Of a stretch of 64,000 nt of DNA, positions 42,605 to 52,164 are shown one piece after another. Source of the DNA: Brevinematales bacterium. Lineage in GTDB: Bacteria > Spirochaetota > Brevinematia > Brevinematales > GWF1-51-8. Below the pieces are notes generated by a model. The model saw nothing but the letters and a program-made list of their open reading frames with translations. It ran no database searches and was not told the DNA's origin. The stretch is taken from positions 2,913-66,912 of the forward strand of contig JAGVBZ010000025.1 of NCBI GenBank assembly GCA_020059465.1. Direction: 5' to 3'. The position numbers and the translations under genes were made by a program. Within the stretch, counting starts at the first letter, position 1, and every line of letters starts with the position of its first letter.

Positions 42605-43034
42605 GCGTATTTTTCAATCGTTCGAGAGTCTGCCGGATAGCCCCGGCGGTTTTATCCGCTTCATCCATACTTTCATACAGTTTTCTCGGCCATAAAAAAT
42701 GACGCATCCCGTCGCCCTTGCTCCGCGGCAGGATATGAACATGGAGATGCGGGACGCTCTGACTGATTCGATTATTGATGGCATTGAATATCCCCTGAGA
42801 ACCCATCGCATCCTCGACCGCGCGGGACACCAGCTTCAGATTGCTGAAAAATCCGTATATCATTTCATCCGGGAATTCCATCATAGTGGTAAAATGCTTT
42901 TTAGGAATGAGCAGAGTGTGCCCGTAGAAAACGGGACGCATATCCAAAAATGCCAGGGAAATATTGTCCTCGAAGACCACACAGGCAGGTTCCTGCCCGG
43001 CGGCGATTTTACAGAAGATACAGTCGGGATTCAT
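42591..43034 (-). CDS. HIT-family nucleotide hydrolase/transferase
   Basis: CIFCKI near the N-terminus and the histidine triad VPHLHVHILPR. Confidence 0.9.
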   Translation of the reverse strand: MNPDCIFCKIAAGQEPACVVFEDNISLAFLDMRPVFYGHTLLIPKKHFTTMMEFPDEMIYGFFSNLKLVSRAVEDAMGSQGIFNAINNRISQSVPHLHVHILPRSKGDGMRHFLWPRKLYESMDEADKTAGAIRQTLERLKNTPNGQ

Positions 43035-43564
43035 TTATTCTGACCCAGCTTTTCGCTTCTGAACTTTTCCAACACCTCGATAAATTCGTCGGGCTTGAAA
43101 TTAAAAAGCCCGGTGGAGATATTGAATGTCGGGTAGCCCATATTCCTCGACCATTTCGCCGCCCGGCGTTTGCCCTCCGGCAGCCGTAAAAGCACCGACT
43201 CGGGATTTTTCACCTCGATCCCGATAATTCTCTGGAGACGGAACGGATAGATGAAAATCTTGTCGATCTCCTCCCATCTCAGCACCTCGGACGACGGAAG
43301 GATATATCTCCCTGAAATACCCTCGCTGTTGATGATCAGTAACGGCGATCGATCGGTAATCTGCCTGATACCGAGTATTATTCCAAGAAGGAAGGCGGCA
43401 TCCAATAATACCAGTATTATCAGAAGAGGTACCGGTACCTGATTGAGATTGGAATATATCATCCATGTCGCGAAGAGCGACCCGAGAAGCATGACCGATA
43501 GAATGATTATGGAAATCGCGATGATTCCTTTCGACGAGTATAAATGAATCTCTTTTTCGTCCAA
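43031..43564 (-). CDS. Two-TM protein with C-terminal PH-like domain (STM3941-like)
   Basis: Two hydrophobic helices, then LLIINSEGISGRY...LRWEEIDKIFIY, which resembles bacterial PH-domain membrane proteins. Overlaps the HIT gene by 4 nt. Confidence 0.5.
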   Translation of the reverse strand: MDEKEIHLYSSKGIIAISIIILSVMLLGSLFATWMIYSNLNQVPVPLLIILVLLDAAFLLGIILGIRQITDRSPLLIINSEGISGRYILPSSEVLRWEEIDKIFIYPFRLQRIIGIEVKNPESVLLRLPEGKRRAAKWSRNMGYPTFNISTGLFNFKPDEFIEVLEKFRSEKLGQNK

Positions 43565-43690
43565 AACTAACTCCTTAATGGGATGGATAAATTATAACCT
43601 AAACCCTCTTTTTCCGCAATCTTTACTTTTTCCAATCGTTTACAAACTCCCTGTTCTATGCTATCATTTAGTAACAATCAAGGGACAATT

Positions 43691-44353
43691 ATGACACGGG
43701 CGTTTGTATCCGATTTCGACAATACCATCACATTGAAGGATTTCTACAGCATCGCGATCGAGAAGTACCTTCCAGTCGAAGGAGAATTATACTACCGGCG
43801 CTTCAAAAACCGCGAGATCGGGGTTCTGGACTTCCTCGGGCACGTGTTCAATAACATGAACTCCGACCGCTATTCCCTCCTCGAGGATATCCTCTCTATC
43901 CCCCTCGATCCGTACGCCCCCGATTTTATCCGCTGGTACTCCGCCGAGGTCGGGCCGTTTTATATCCTCAGCGCGGGATGCTCGTATTATATCGAGATTC
44001 TCCTCGAACGGTACGGACTGTTGGAAATGGTCACCCTGATCGCCAATCCGGGATATTATTACGAGGGAAACATCTTCATGCTCCCCAACCCCAACGACGA
44101 GTATTATTCGCCCGGGAGCGGGGTCGATAAAGGGAAGGCAGTGCAGATGATCAACAAATGCGCGGACTATACGTTTTTTGCCGGGGACAGCGCCCCCGAT
44201 TATCCCGCGGCGCTGCTTGCCGATACTGTGTTCGCGCGCAGGGGATTCGAGCTTGCGGAACAGCTGGCCGGGAGCGGGATACCGTTCACTCCCTTCGCTT
44301 CGTTCGGGGATATCCTCGCTCATACCCGCGATATCCTACGTAAACAATCGTAA
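43691..44353 (+). CDS. HAD-superfamily phosphatase (subfamily IB, MtnX-like)
   Basis: The DxDxT nucleophile motif is in FVSDFDNTIT, followed by YILSAG and the late acidic motif FFAGDSAPD. ATG 43691 is preferred, while the track uses 43658. Confidence 0.65.
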   Translation: MTRAFVSDFDNTITLKDFYSIAIEKYLPVEGELYYRRFKNREIGVLDFLGHVFNNMNSDRYSLLEDILSIPLDPYAPDFIRWYSAEVGPFYILSAGCSYYIEILLERYGLLEMVTLIANPGYYYEGNIFMLPNPNDEYYSPGSGVDKGKAVQMINKCADYTFFAGDSAPDYPAALLADTVFARRGFELAEQLAGSGIPFTPFASFGDILAHTRDILRKQS

Positions 44354-44451
44354 ATATCCCCGGCGCGCATTTTTTCCGACGGAATATTTGATATTTCCGA
44401 TTTATAATGCTACATTCTAGGTACAGGATTTTTTACAAACGAGGAGGCTTT

Positions 44452-45483
44452 ATGAAAAGATTTGCGGTAGTGTTTGGAATAATTTTTGCGGTCGGGGTGT
44501 ACGGTTTCGCGGATACCAACGCGGATAATCTGGTCGGCTACATGCAGGGCACCTATCAGGAAATAGCGGTAGCTTTATCGACGCCGATGGCGCCTACGAT
44601 GACGATTTATAACTCGGCGGGAAGTGTATATACCGCCGATACCCGCGACTTTCTGGGAATAAAAATAGGTGTAGGAATAGGCGTTGTCGCATCACCTGCC
44701 TTAACTGGTTACCTTTTAAGCGGTTTGAAAACCGATTATTTACCCGCCTCAGCCAGCGGAAATTCAAATGCCAGCGCATATTCAACTATGGTTGGTATGT
44801 TCTCACTTATTCCCATGCCTTACGATACGATTTACTTTAAAATCGGTATGATAAAACTCCCGATCTTGCCGCAATTTGATGTGGGTGTCCGTGTAGGTTT
44901 CTTACCCGATGTAGGCGGTTTACTCGGATATGGAGAAAACAACCCATCGGGAATGGTTTTAAAAACCGGCGGTTTCCATTTCGGTGCAGAGGTGCGCGCA
45001 AAAATGATCGATGCGGGTGTGTTCCAAATCGGTTTGAACGTCGGAATAGATTTCGATAACGGTGGAATTGAGTTCTCGCAGAGCATTACTCAGCCGCTAT
45101 CGGTTCCGGTACCCGGCGGATTTACCCAGACTATCACCAGTAAGTATACCACAGGGATTAATTTCGGATGGATGGGCACATCGATCGGCGGGAAGCTGAT
45201 CGCCGCGCTGAATATACCCGTCTTTTCGCTCTACGCGGGTGTCGGTATCAATTTTAATATCGGATCGGTTTCGACTAAGATGTACACGACCGGTTCAATG
45301 GAAGTAGTCACTTCATATTCTGAATTCTTTAATGTAGAAGGCGTATCCACTATTCCGTATTACTTCACTGAAATCCGCGCTATCGCTGGATTCCAGCTCC
45401 TGATTATCAACGCCGCTGTGGAATACAGCATCAACACCGGAGCGGTAGCTTTAACAATACACCCGTTAACACTGACATTCTAA
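44452..45483 (+). CDS. Putative outer-membrane beta-barrel protein
   Basis: GAGGAGG RBS before ATG 44452, while the track uses 44407. Signal peptide ends GFA-D. Gly/aromatic-rich alternating strands and a C-terminal LTLTF ending in Phe. Confidence 0.55.
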   Translation: MKRFAVVFGIIFAVGVYGFADTNADNLVGYMQGTYQEIAVALSTPMAPTMTIYNSAGSVYTADTRDFLGIKIGVGIGVVASPALTGYLLSGLKTDYLPASASGNSNASAYSTMVGMFSLIPMPYDTIYFKIGMIKLPILPQFDVGVRVGFLPDVGGLLGYGENNPSGMVLKTGGFHFGAEVRAKMIDAGVFQIGLNVGIDFDNGGIEFSQSITQPLSVPVPGGFTQTITSKYTTGINFGWMGTSIGGKLIAALNIPVFSLYAGVGINFNIGSVSTKMYTTGSMEVVTSYSEFFNVEGVSTIPYYFTEIRAIAGFQLLIINAAVEYSINTGAVALTIHPLTLTF

Positions 45484-45498
45484 AAGCACAGTATCAAT

Positions 45499-45529
45499 AA
45501 AAAAAGGGCTGCATGCAGCCCTTTTTTTA
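45499..45529. terminator. Bidirectional rho-independent terminator
   Basis: GGGCTGCATGCAGCCC palindrome with an A-run upstream and a T-run downstream, between convergent genes. Confidence 0.8.
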
Positions 45530-45546
45530 TTTTATGTTATCTCTGT

Positions 45547-46302
45547 TTAGTTCGAATTCATGAATTCTTCCATAATCGAATCGTCGATATCCGCGTTCTG
45601 CGCGAAATCCTGCACGTCGTCATGGTTCTCGAGTTCGTCCATCAGTTTCAGCAGGGTGAACGCTTTATCTTTTTCGAGCTTGATAGTGTTCTGCGGGATA
45701 CGCGAAATCTCCGATTCGGTCACTGCCAAACCCTTATTCTTCAGTTCCTCGATAATAGCGTGAAAAGAGTCCATTGATGTGTATACCGCGATCGTATCGC
45801 CTTCCTTCACCACATCGTCAGCCCCGATTTCGAGCGCGATTTCCATCACCTCGTCCTCGGTGTGCTTTGCGCCGTCTATCCCGATATAACCTTTTCTGTC
45901 GAACATCCACGCGACACATCCGGCCTCGCCGAGGTTGCCGTTATGTTTGGAGAATATTTTTCGTATTTCAGCGGCAGTGCGGTTCTTATTGTCGGTCATT
46001 GTATCTACAATTACGGCAACACCGCCGGGCCCGTAGCCCTCGTACGAAATCTCCTCATAGGAAACCCCTTCGAGTTCGCCGGTACCGCGCTTGATCGCTT
46101 TTTCGATAGTATCCTTCGGCATATTCACGCCCTTAGCCTTATCGATAGCGACCTTCAAACGGTTATTGGTGTCGGGATTGCCGCCCTTTTCTTTCGCCGC
46201 GACAATGATTTCCTTAACGAACTTGGAAAACACATTACTCCGTTTCGCGTCCTGGGCGCCCTTTCTCTGCTTAATATTGGCCCATTTATTATGACCTGAC
46301 AT
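45547..46302 (-). CDS. yebC: YebC/PmpR-family transcriptional regulator
   Basis: MSGHNKWANIKQRKGAQDAKR plus full-length colinearity with the family (251 aa). Confidence 0.93.
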   Translation of the reverse strand: MSGHNKWANIKQRKGAQDAKRSNVFSKFVKEIIVAAKEKGGNPDTNNRLKVAIDKAKGVNMPKDTIEKAIKRGTGELEGVSYEEISYEGYGPGGVAVIVDTMTDNKNRTAAEIRKIFSKHNGNLGEAGCVAWMFDRKGYIGIDGAKHTEDEVMEIALEIGADDVVKEGDTIAVYTSMDSFHAIIEELKNKGLAVTESEISRIPQNTIKLEKDKAFTLLKLMDELENHDDVQDFAQNADIDDSIMEEFMNSN

Positions 46303-46375
46303 ATTACCTCCGGCTACGGTTTTATTCGCGATTATTATACACCAAACGGCGAAATTTTACAAGAAAAACCGGGCT

Positions 46376-46415
46376 GGACAAAAATATAGGCCGTCCAGCA
46401 GGACGGCCTTTTTAT
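46376..46415 (-). terminator. Rho-independent terminator
   Basis: AGGCCGTCC-NNN-GGACGGCCT hairpin at 46388-46409. On the - strand it is followed by ATATTTTTG. Confidence 0.6.
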
Positions 46416-46426
46416 AGAAAGAATGA

Positions 46427-47437
46427 TTACTTTCCGGCTTCGACATACGCCGACGGATCGGACGCGTCTACGGAAACCTTGTATTCAGCTAACTGACTCT
46501 CGTTGCCGACAGCATCGACCGCTATCGCTTTTATCGTGTGCTCGCCGCTGGTGAGTTTAAACGGATAGCTGTACTGCATCGCCTCGCCTGCATCGATATA
46601 ATACATAATCGACACGACATCGGTATCGGCATCCTTCGCGGTAATCGTGATAGAGGATTTCCCTGAGATATAATTTACGCCGTCTTTCACAAACGCCGCA
46701 GGATCGCTGGCGATGGTCACAACAGGCGCGGTACCGTCGATATAGAATACGTTGGTCATGGTTTTACTGATATTCCCGACATTATCGGTAGAGCGGTATA
46801 AGATCGTATGCATCCCGCTTTTATCGGCCAACACGATATTCTTGTCATAAGCCATAAATTCGCCGCCGTCCACGGCATAACTGATTGATTTTACGCCGGA
46901 AAGTTTATCCTGCGCGAGAACCGTGAATTTATTATTCGCCGGTACATAGACGCCGTTGGTCATTTTAACACCTTTAAACGCGCTGACAATCTTCACAGAC
47001 GGCGCGGTGGTATCCATAATAAACGAGTAGGTTTTCATGGCTGAAACGTTTCCGACATTATCTTCGACCTGAAAGGCGATCGAATGACGCCCTTCATTGG
47101 TGAAGCCGACAGGAGTGGAATATACCTTCATCGCGGCGTTATCCACCCAGATGTAGATATTCTTTACACCGGCGCCTGCATCCTGGCTCTGGACAGCGAA
47201 CTTCGCGCCGGCGGGCGCGTAGTCGATAGAACCGTCGTTATACAACGCTCCGCCCGTCGCGATCACTTCCTTCTCGGGAGTTACCTTCGCCGCTTCAGGT
47301 TCGACCGTATTCGTCGTAGATACGACAGCGGGTTTGGAAACAGCATCCTGATCGGGCGCATCCGTCTGCTGAGCGGTCAGTAATACAGGGCAAATTCCTA
47401 AAAACAACACGGGTAAAAGAATCGATATTCTTTTCAT
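46427..47437 (-). CDS. Secreted protein with three Ig-like repeats (Big / OmpL47-type)
   Basis: Signal peptide. Three units of about 85 aa each end in D-N/A-V-G-N-x-S (EDNVGNVS, TDNVGNIS, VDAVGNES) followed by D-x-T/S-x-P. Confidence 0.65.
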   Translation of the reverse strand: MKRISILLPVLFLGICPVLLTAQQTDAPDQDAVSKPAVVSTTNTVEPEAAKVTPEKEVIATGGALYNDGSIDYAPAGAKFAVQSQDAGAGVKNIYIWVDNAAMKVYSTPVGFTNEGRHSIAFQVEDNVGNVSAMKTYSFIMDTTAPSVKIVSAFKGVKMTNGVYVPANNKFTVLAQDKLSGVKSISYAVDGGEFMAYDKNIVLADKSGMHTILYRSTDNVGNISKTMTNVFYIDGTAPVVTIASDPAAFVKDGVNYISGKSSITITAKDADTDVVSIMYYIDAGEAMQYSYPFKLTSGEHTIKAIAVDAVGNESQLAEYKVSVDASDPSAYVEAGK

Positions 47438-47463
47438 TTCTTATATGCCTCCTGGTTTCTTGA

Positions 47464-48096
47464 TTATTCCATTATCTCTTCTTTAATAAAAGTTTTTTCA
47501 TCGAATCCGATCATCTTTTTCACATTGAGTATGATAAAAACTTCCTCGCCGATCTTCGCAACTCCCTCGATAAACGCGCGGTCGACGTTGGTAGATACTC
47601 CCTCCGCGGATTGAATCATTTTTTCATCGATAGCGAAAACCCGGTCGAGATTGTCCACTAAAAATCCTACTAATACTCCTTCGATTCTGACAATTATCAT
47701 TTTACGCGCCGCGCTTTTTTTCTTGGCGCGCATAATCTCCGCGATTTTTGCATTAGTGCTTTCCAACGGTTTCTCACCAGCTTTAGAATCCGCATTATTT
47801 CCGCCGGGAGATTCTGTTTTTCCATCCGCAGGGGGTTCGGAGGTATTATTAACTGCAGGAACTTCATGGTTCGTATGGGATACCGGCATAATCTCATCGG
47901 ATTTGTCCAGGCCGAGCTTCTTCTTGACCGACATCACAGGCACTACAATACCTCGAAGATTCATGATTCCTTCGATAAAGCTGGGCATATCCGGCATCTT
48001 GGTAAATTTTGTTTCACGGACTACTTCTTCGACATCCATAATATCAAGACAATATTTTATGCCGGTAATATAAAAACTGACAAATTGCCTTTCCAT
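47464..48096 (-). CDS. cheW: Chemotaxis coupling protein CheW with a low-complexity insertion
   Basis: QFVSFYITGIKYCLDIMDVEEVV...IMNLRGIVVPV and a C-terminal IIVRIEGVLVGFLVD...EGVAKIGEEVFIILN. An insert of about 65 aa rich in P/E/N/K splits the domain. Confidence 0.85.
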   Translation of the reverse strand: MERQFVSFYITGIKYCLDIMDVEEVVRETKFTKMPDMPSFIEGIMNLRGIVVPVMSVKKKLGLDKSDEIMPVSHTNHEVPAVNNTSEPPADGKTESPGGNNADSKAGEKPLESTNAKIAEIMRAKKKSAARKMIIVRIEGVLVGFLVDNLDRVFAIDEKMIQSAEGVSTNVDRAFIEGVAKIGEEVFIILNVKKMIGFDEKTFIKEEIME

Positions 48097-48171
48097 ACGT
48101 GTTTCTTCCCGTATTGAGGTTTTTGTTATATATAATAATTCAAATTTTGCAGGCGGTCAATTTTAAAGGAC

Positions 48172-49614
48172 TTATTTATAGAAATTTATTTCAATCGTCG
48201 TGTTCCATCCGTACGGCTTATCGCCCATATCGGGGTTTCCATAAACATAGATATCTTTAATACCTGTAAGGAAATCGCTCGTCAGCTTAAACCCTCCGGA
48301 GTTCACGCTGCTGAAAAGGCTCTGCACGTCTACGGTAAAATAATACCCGATTTTATTCTGGATCGACGCCTGACTGAAAAAATCAGGCAGATTTTTATAA
48401 TATCCGTTCTTATTGTCGAATACATTCTTTACCAGCGCGACAAGAAGGTCCTTATCGGTTGAAAAGAAAAAATCTTTTTCAATCTGTCCGTAGAAAATAG
48501 AAACGTTTTCACTTTTGTAGTGGTAAAACGGATAGGTGAAAATATCGAATGTAAACAATTTCTGACCGGACTTCAGAATGACACCCTTCAGCGTCTGAAT
48601 AAACTCCGCCGACTTTGCAGTATCTTTCACGCCGATAGAGCCGTAGATCAGATACTGTTTCTTGAGATCGTCGTACTTCAGGATAACCAGCTTAAACCTC
48701 CCGTCGGAGTTCGCAATCAGGTCTTTTTCGATGCTGATCGAATACTTTTTCATAAGTTCGGCGGCAATCCCCTTTAAGCCGAGTACATTCAACTGATCGA
48801 TGGCGAGATAATACCGGTACAGCTCCGCGAAGTTCATGTATAAATTCCCGACCAGCACGGGACTTCCCCATCCGTAGTCGAGAATATCGAATTTTCCTTT
48901 CCCGTCGGCGACACGGATCAGTTTGATAAAGTCGGTCTGCTTATCGGTCATCAGCGCGGAGTAGAGCTGGAGTTTGATTTTATCCGCACCGAAATCGATT
49001 GTACCCGCGGTAAACCCGTAGGGAATCTGCACCTTCGACGATATCATCGAACTCCCGGATATCGCGCTCAGATACTTGCTGTCGATCCACACGAACGGTT
49101 TGTCCCATTTGAATTGCAGACGTTCGGCCGACAGCTTGAATCCTTCGTCAGCGATCAGGAGCGGAGTTTTCATATCCGGCATGACCTTTGGAGTCGCGGA
49201 TAGAATGGCGTATTTCCCGACAATCGCGTACGGAACTGTATTCTGCAGAATGGATTTTACATAAGTCTTGAATTTCGCCTCCGACTTGAGGGTGACCAGG
49301 ATATACCCGATATTGCTGGTAATATGCACGTAAGCAATCGGCCCGGCGATATCCACCCCGATTCCTTCGAGACTCTTTTCGTTCAGGATATCCACACCCA
49401 GACTCGATTCGGAGTTGAGGCTGTATTGCTTCTCCATTTGGGGATAGTTTTTCCCGTAGAAACGCTTCATGAGCGCTTTGACAGTCCCATGCAGGGATTT
49501 AAACGTCGGAAAGTAAATGACGAGTTCCGACTTGACGATACTATTCTCAATCCCGCCTCCCGCAAAACTCACCGCAGGGATAAGCAGAGACAGCGTTATT
49601 ATAAGTTTTTTCAC
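48172..49614 (-). CDS. Hypothetical secreted protein (480 aa)
   Basis: Signal peptide ending SFA-G. No motif recognised with confidence. ATGA-type 4-nt overlap with the upstream gene. Confidence 0.6.
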   Translation of the reverse strand: MKKLIITLSLLIPAVSFAGGGIENSIVKSELVIYFPTFKSLHGTVKALMKRFYGKNYPQMEKQYSLNSESSLGVDILNEKSLEGIGVDIAGPIAYVHITSNIGYILVTLKSEAKFKTYVKSILQNTVPYAIVGKYAILSATPKVMPDMKTPLLIADEGFKLSAERLQFKWDKPFVWIDSKYLSAISGSSMISSKVQIPYGFTAGTIDFGADKIKLQLYSALMTDKQTDFIKLIRVADGKGKFDILDYGWGSPVLVGNLYMNFAELYRYYLAIDQLNVLGLKGIAAELMKKYSISIEKDLIANSDGRFKLVILKYDDLKKQYLIYGSIGVKDTAKSAEFIQTLKGVILKSGQKLFTFDIFTYPFYHYKSENVSIFYGQIEKDFFFSTDKDLLVALVKNVFDNKNGYYKNLPDFFSQASIQNKIGYYFTVDVQSLFSSVNSGGFKLTSDFLTGIKDIYVYGNPDMGDKPYGWNTTIEINFYK

Positions 49615-50162
49615 ATGACCACCTCGTTTTCGTAACGTTCGTCATCGATTATTTTCTGCATATTGACCGTGTTCATAAACGATGACACAGGTTCGCCTTC
49701 GAGGTTGAATCCGATCATCATCGGTTCGAGGATTTCCTCGGATACCAGAAACGGCAGGTCATATTCGTTTCCGATAATAATGGCTTCCAGCAACGATATC
49801 TTTATTCTTCTGCTGAACAACCCTTTCCTGACAGCACATTCCGCCGAATCCGGCGTATTGTCTTTATTAAACAGGACAATTTCTTTTACCTTAATCCCGG
49901 CGCCTTCGAGAAAACCGGAAAAGATCTTATTCTGGAATATCAGCGGGAGCATGATCGCCTCCTCGCCCTCCATTCCCTCGAACGCCACAAGGCCGGTTTT
50001 ATTCTTCGACTGGTCCTCGGACTTCATGAATATCATAAAACGATGCGAAATCCCGTCATAAGCCATCTTTTCGACACGCATCAGAGTAAAACGGTCTCGA
50101 TTATTTTTTCCGCCGAACATGCGCCTGATTAGTTTCATCATGTAATTATTCTCCTTGCCCAC
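49611..50162 (-). CDS. Hypothetical protein, weakly bifunctional-nuclease (DUF151)-like
   Basis: 183 aa. GEEAIMLPLIFQNK...GIKVKEIVLF...ISLLEAIIIGNEYDLPFLVSEEIL loosely follows the DUF151 order. Low certainty. Confidence 0.45.
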   Translation of the reverse strand: MGKENNYMMKLIRRMFGGKNNRDRFTLMRVEKMAYDGISHRFMIFMKSEDQSKNKTGLVAFEGMEGEEAIMLPLIFQNKIFSGFLEGAGIKVKEIVLFNKDNTPDSAECAVRKGLFSRRIKISLLEAIIIGNEYDLPFLVSEEILEPMMIGFNLEGEPVSSFMNTVNMQKIIDDERYENEVVM

Positions 50163-50226
50163 ACCTATAATTTAATATGAATTCCAATAAAAATCAAGGT
50201 GCTGCGCACACTATTCCCGACTGCTG

Positions 50227-50390
50227 CGCAGGCTATCCCATTGCATCAAACATATCAATAATCAATCGCCGGCCTGCCGCCGAATTATAACCCCCCCCCG
50301 GCATGCTCGGGGTGACTGTATCATATATCATCACGGGCTGCCGGTTGATGCCTGTACTTATTCTATATCGGGTCTGGGGTACGCAGTACC
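50227..50390 (+). repeat. Intergenic element related to the 14.5-kb 57-nt repeats
   Basis: Starts CGCAGGCTATCCCATT, compared with CGCAGGCTACCGATTA at 14596. Ends GTACGCAGTACC (50379-50390), compared with GTACGCAGTAC at 14644. The interior is longer and unrelated. Confidence 0.5.
50291..50299. repeat. Homopolymeric C9 tract
   Basis: Nine consecutive C residues read directly, in the 275-nt divergent intergenic region. Confidence 0.9.
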
Positions 50391-50419
50391 TTGATTTTTC
50401 CGGCGTTCGTCCTTAGAAT
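50391..50419 (+). promoter_or_regulatory. Sigma70-type promoter of the ABC exporter gene
   Basis: TTGATT (50391-50396), 17 nt, TAGAAT (50414-50419), preceded by GTACGCAGTACC. Confidence 0.5.
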
Positions 50420-50437
50420 ATTCGCAGGAGATATACT

Positions 50438-52156
50438 ATGAAGCCTAAACGCAGTTTTTGGAGCTATGTTTTCCGTTACAAGGGGTCGCTCATTTTTTCC
50501 ATCCTCTTCGCCATGACCTACTCCGCCGGACAGGTCGGCGGCCTGATGAGTGTGGGCGGCTTCTTCCAGAATACGCTTATCGGAAACAATTTTGAGTATA
50601 TAAACTTTTTTACAATAGCGTTATTGGTCGGTTTCGGATTGCTGTGGGCGGGATCGCACTATCTGGCGTATCTTTCGTCGAATACCCTCGCGGTAAAGGT
50701 CATACACGACCTTCGCGGCGAAATATACGAACGCCTGATCGATCTGCCCATCTCCTACTATAAAAAGAACCGTTCAGGAGAAATACTCTCGCGTATCCTG
50801 AACGATATCGGGGTGATCGAGGTGTTCCTGATGAATATCGTGGTCGATATGATCGCCCAGCCCATCACAGTAGTCGCGATTGTAGTCATACTCCTCCTGA
50901 CCAATACCCAGCTATCGTTATACTTCTTTTCGATCGCGCCGGTTATCGGGCTTGCCCTCGGCGGACTGGGCGCGCTGGTACAAAACCGCAGTATGAAAGT
51001 TCAGAAAAATATTTCCGATATCACCTCGCATATTCAGGAGACCGTGTTCGGGATCGAGGTCATTAAGGGCTTCGGGGTGGAAAGCGAGGTACGGCATCGG
51101 TTCGGTAAGGCCAACGACGCGCACCTGAGCTCTATCAAACGCGAGGTGCGTATCCGTCTGCTGGGTACTCCGACCCTCGAATTCCTCGGCGTCATAGGGA
51201 TGATTATTATACTGGTACTCGGCGCTATGAGCGTTCAGTCCGGTATGGCGAAGTCCGGCGATATCATCACGTTTATCCTGCTCGCGCTGGGGCTGTCTCT
51301 GCCCCTCTCGCAGGTCGGTAATATTGCGATGGTGCTCCGAAAGCTGAAGCCCGCGTCAGACCGTATTTTCGAGATTATCAACTCCGAGGAGAAGGAAGAT
51401 TTTTCCAAACCGGACATCGGCGCAATTGAAGGCGCGATCGAGCTGAAAAAGCTCTCGTTCGGGTACGACCCTTCCCGGACTATCCTCGATAAAATCGATC
51501 TGAAGATCAGACCCGGCGAAACGGTCGCTGTGGTCGGATCGAGCGGCGCGGGCAAGTCTACAATGATATCGCTCATCCCCGTGTTCAACTCGCCGACATC
51601 GGGGCAGATCCTGATCGACGGGAAGGATACGTCCGGGGTGAACCCTCTTTCCATCCGCAAACAACTGAGTATAGTGACTCAGGAGACCATCCTGTTCTCG
51701 GGTACCATCCGCGAGAACATTCTGCTCTCCCGTCCCGACGCCTCCCCTGACGACGTGATCGAGGCCGCGAAGATCGCGAACGCTCACGATTTTATTATGG
51801 AGATCCCAGCAGGCTACGACACGGTAATCGGCGACCGCGGCATGACATTATCCGGCGGCCAGCGCCAGCGTATCGTGCTCGCAAGGGCGATTATCCGCAA
51901 ACCGAAGATACTGATCCTCGACGAGGCCACCAGTTCGCTCGACGCCGAATCGGAGAAGCTGATCGCGGAGGCGATGAAACGAATCCTCGGCAAACAGACT
52001 ACCCTGATTATCACCCACAAACTCTCGTCGGTGGCAAACGCCGATACGATTATCGTGATGGAGAACGGAAAGATTATCGAACGCGGGACGCACAAGGAAT
52101 TGTTGGAAAAGAAAGGGATTTATGACAAACTGTACCGGATACAGCTAAGCGTTTAA
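50438..52156 (+). CDS. ABC exporter, fused permease-ATPase (MsbA/type I exporter family)
   Basis: 572 aa with six N-terminal TM helices. Walker A GSSGAGKST, signature LSGGQRQR, Walker B ILILDEATS, H-loop ITHKL. Confidence 0.92.
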   Translation: MKPKRSFWSYVFRYKGSLIFSILFAMTYSAGQVGGLMSVGGFFQNTLIGNNFEYINFFTIALLVGFGLLWAGSHYLAYLSSNTLAVKVIHDLRGEIYERLIDLPISYYKKNRSGEILSRILNDIGVIEVFLMNIVVDMIAQPITVVAIVVILLLTNTQLSLYFFSIAPVIGLALGGLGALVQNRSMKVQKNISDITSHIQETVFGIEVIKGFGVESEVRHRFGKANDAHLSSIKREVRIRLLGTPTLEFLGVIGMIIILVLGAMSVQSGMAKSGDIITFILLALGLSLPLSQVGNIAMVLRKLKPASDRIFEIINSEEKEDFSKPDIGAIEGAIELKKLSFGYDPSRTILDKIDLKIRPGETVAVVGSSGAGKSTMISLIPVFNSPTSGQILIDGKDTSGVNPLSIRKQLSIVTQETILFSGTIRENILLSRPDASPDDVIEAAKIANAHDFIMEIPAGYDTVIGDRGMTLSGGQRQRIVLARAIIRKPKILILDEATSSLDAESEKLIAEAMKRILGKQTTLIITHKLSSVANADTIIVMENGKIIERGTHKELLEKKGIYDKLYRIQLSV

Positions 52157-52164
52157 ATAACAGT

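Noticed and set aside
50377-50396. GGTACGCAGTACCTTGAT read as a sigma54 -24/-12 element
   Set aside because: The GG-to-TTG spacing is 13 rather than 10 nt, and the 14.6-kb counterpart lacks the GG. A sigma70 -35/-10 pair with 17-nt spacing explains both sites better.
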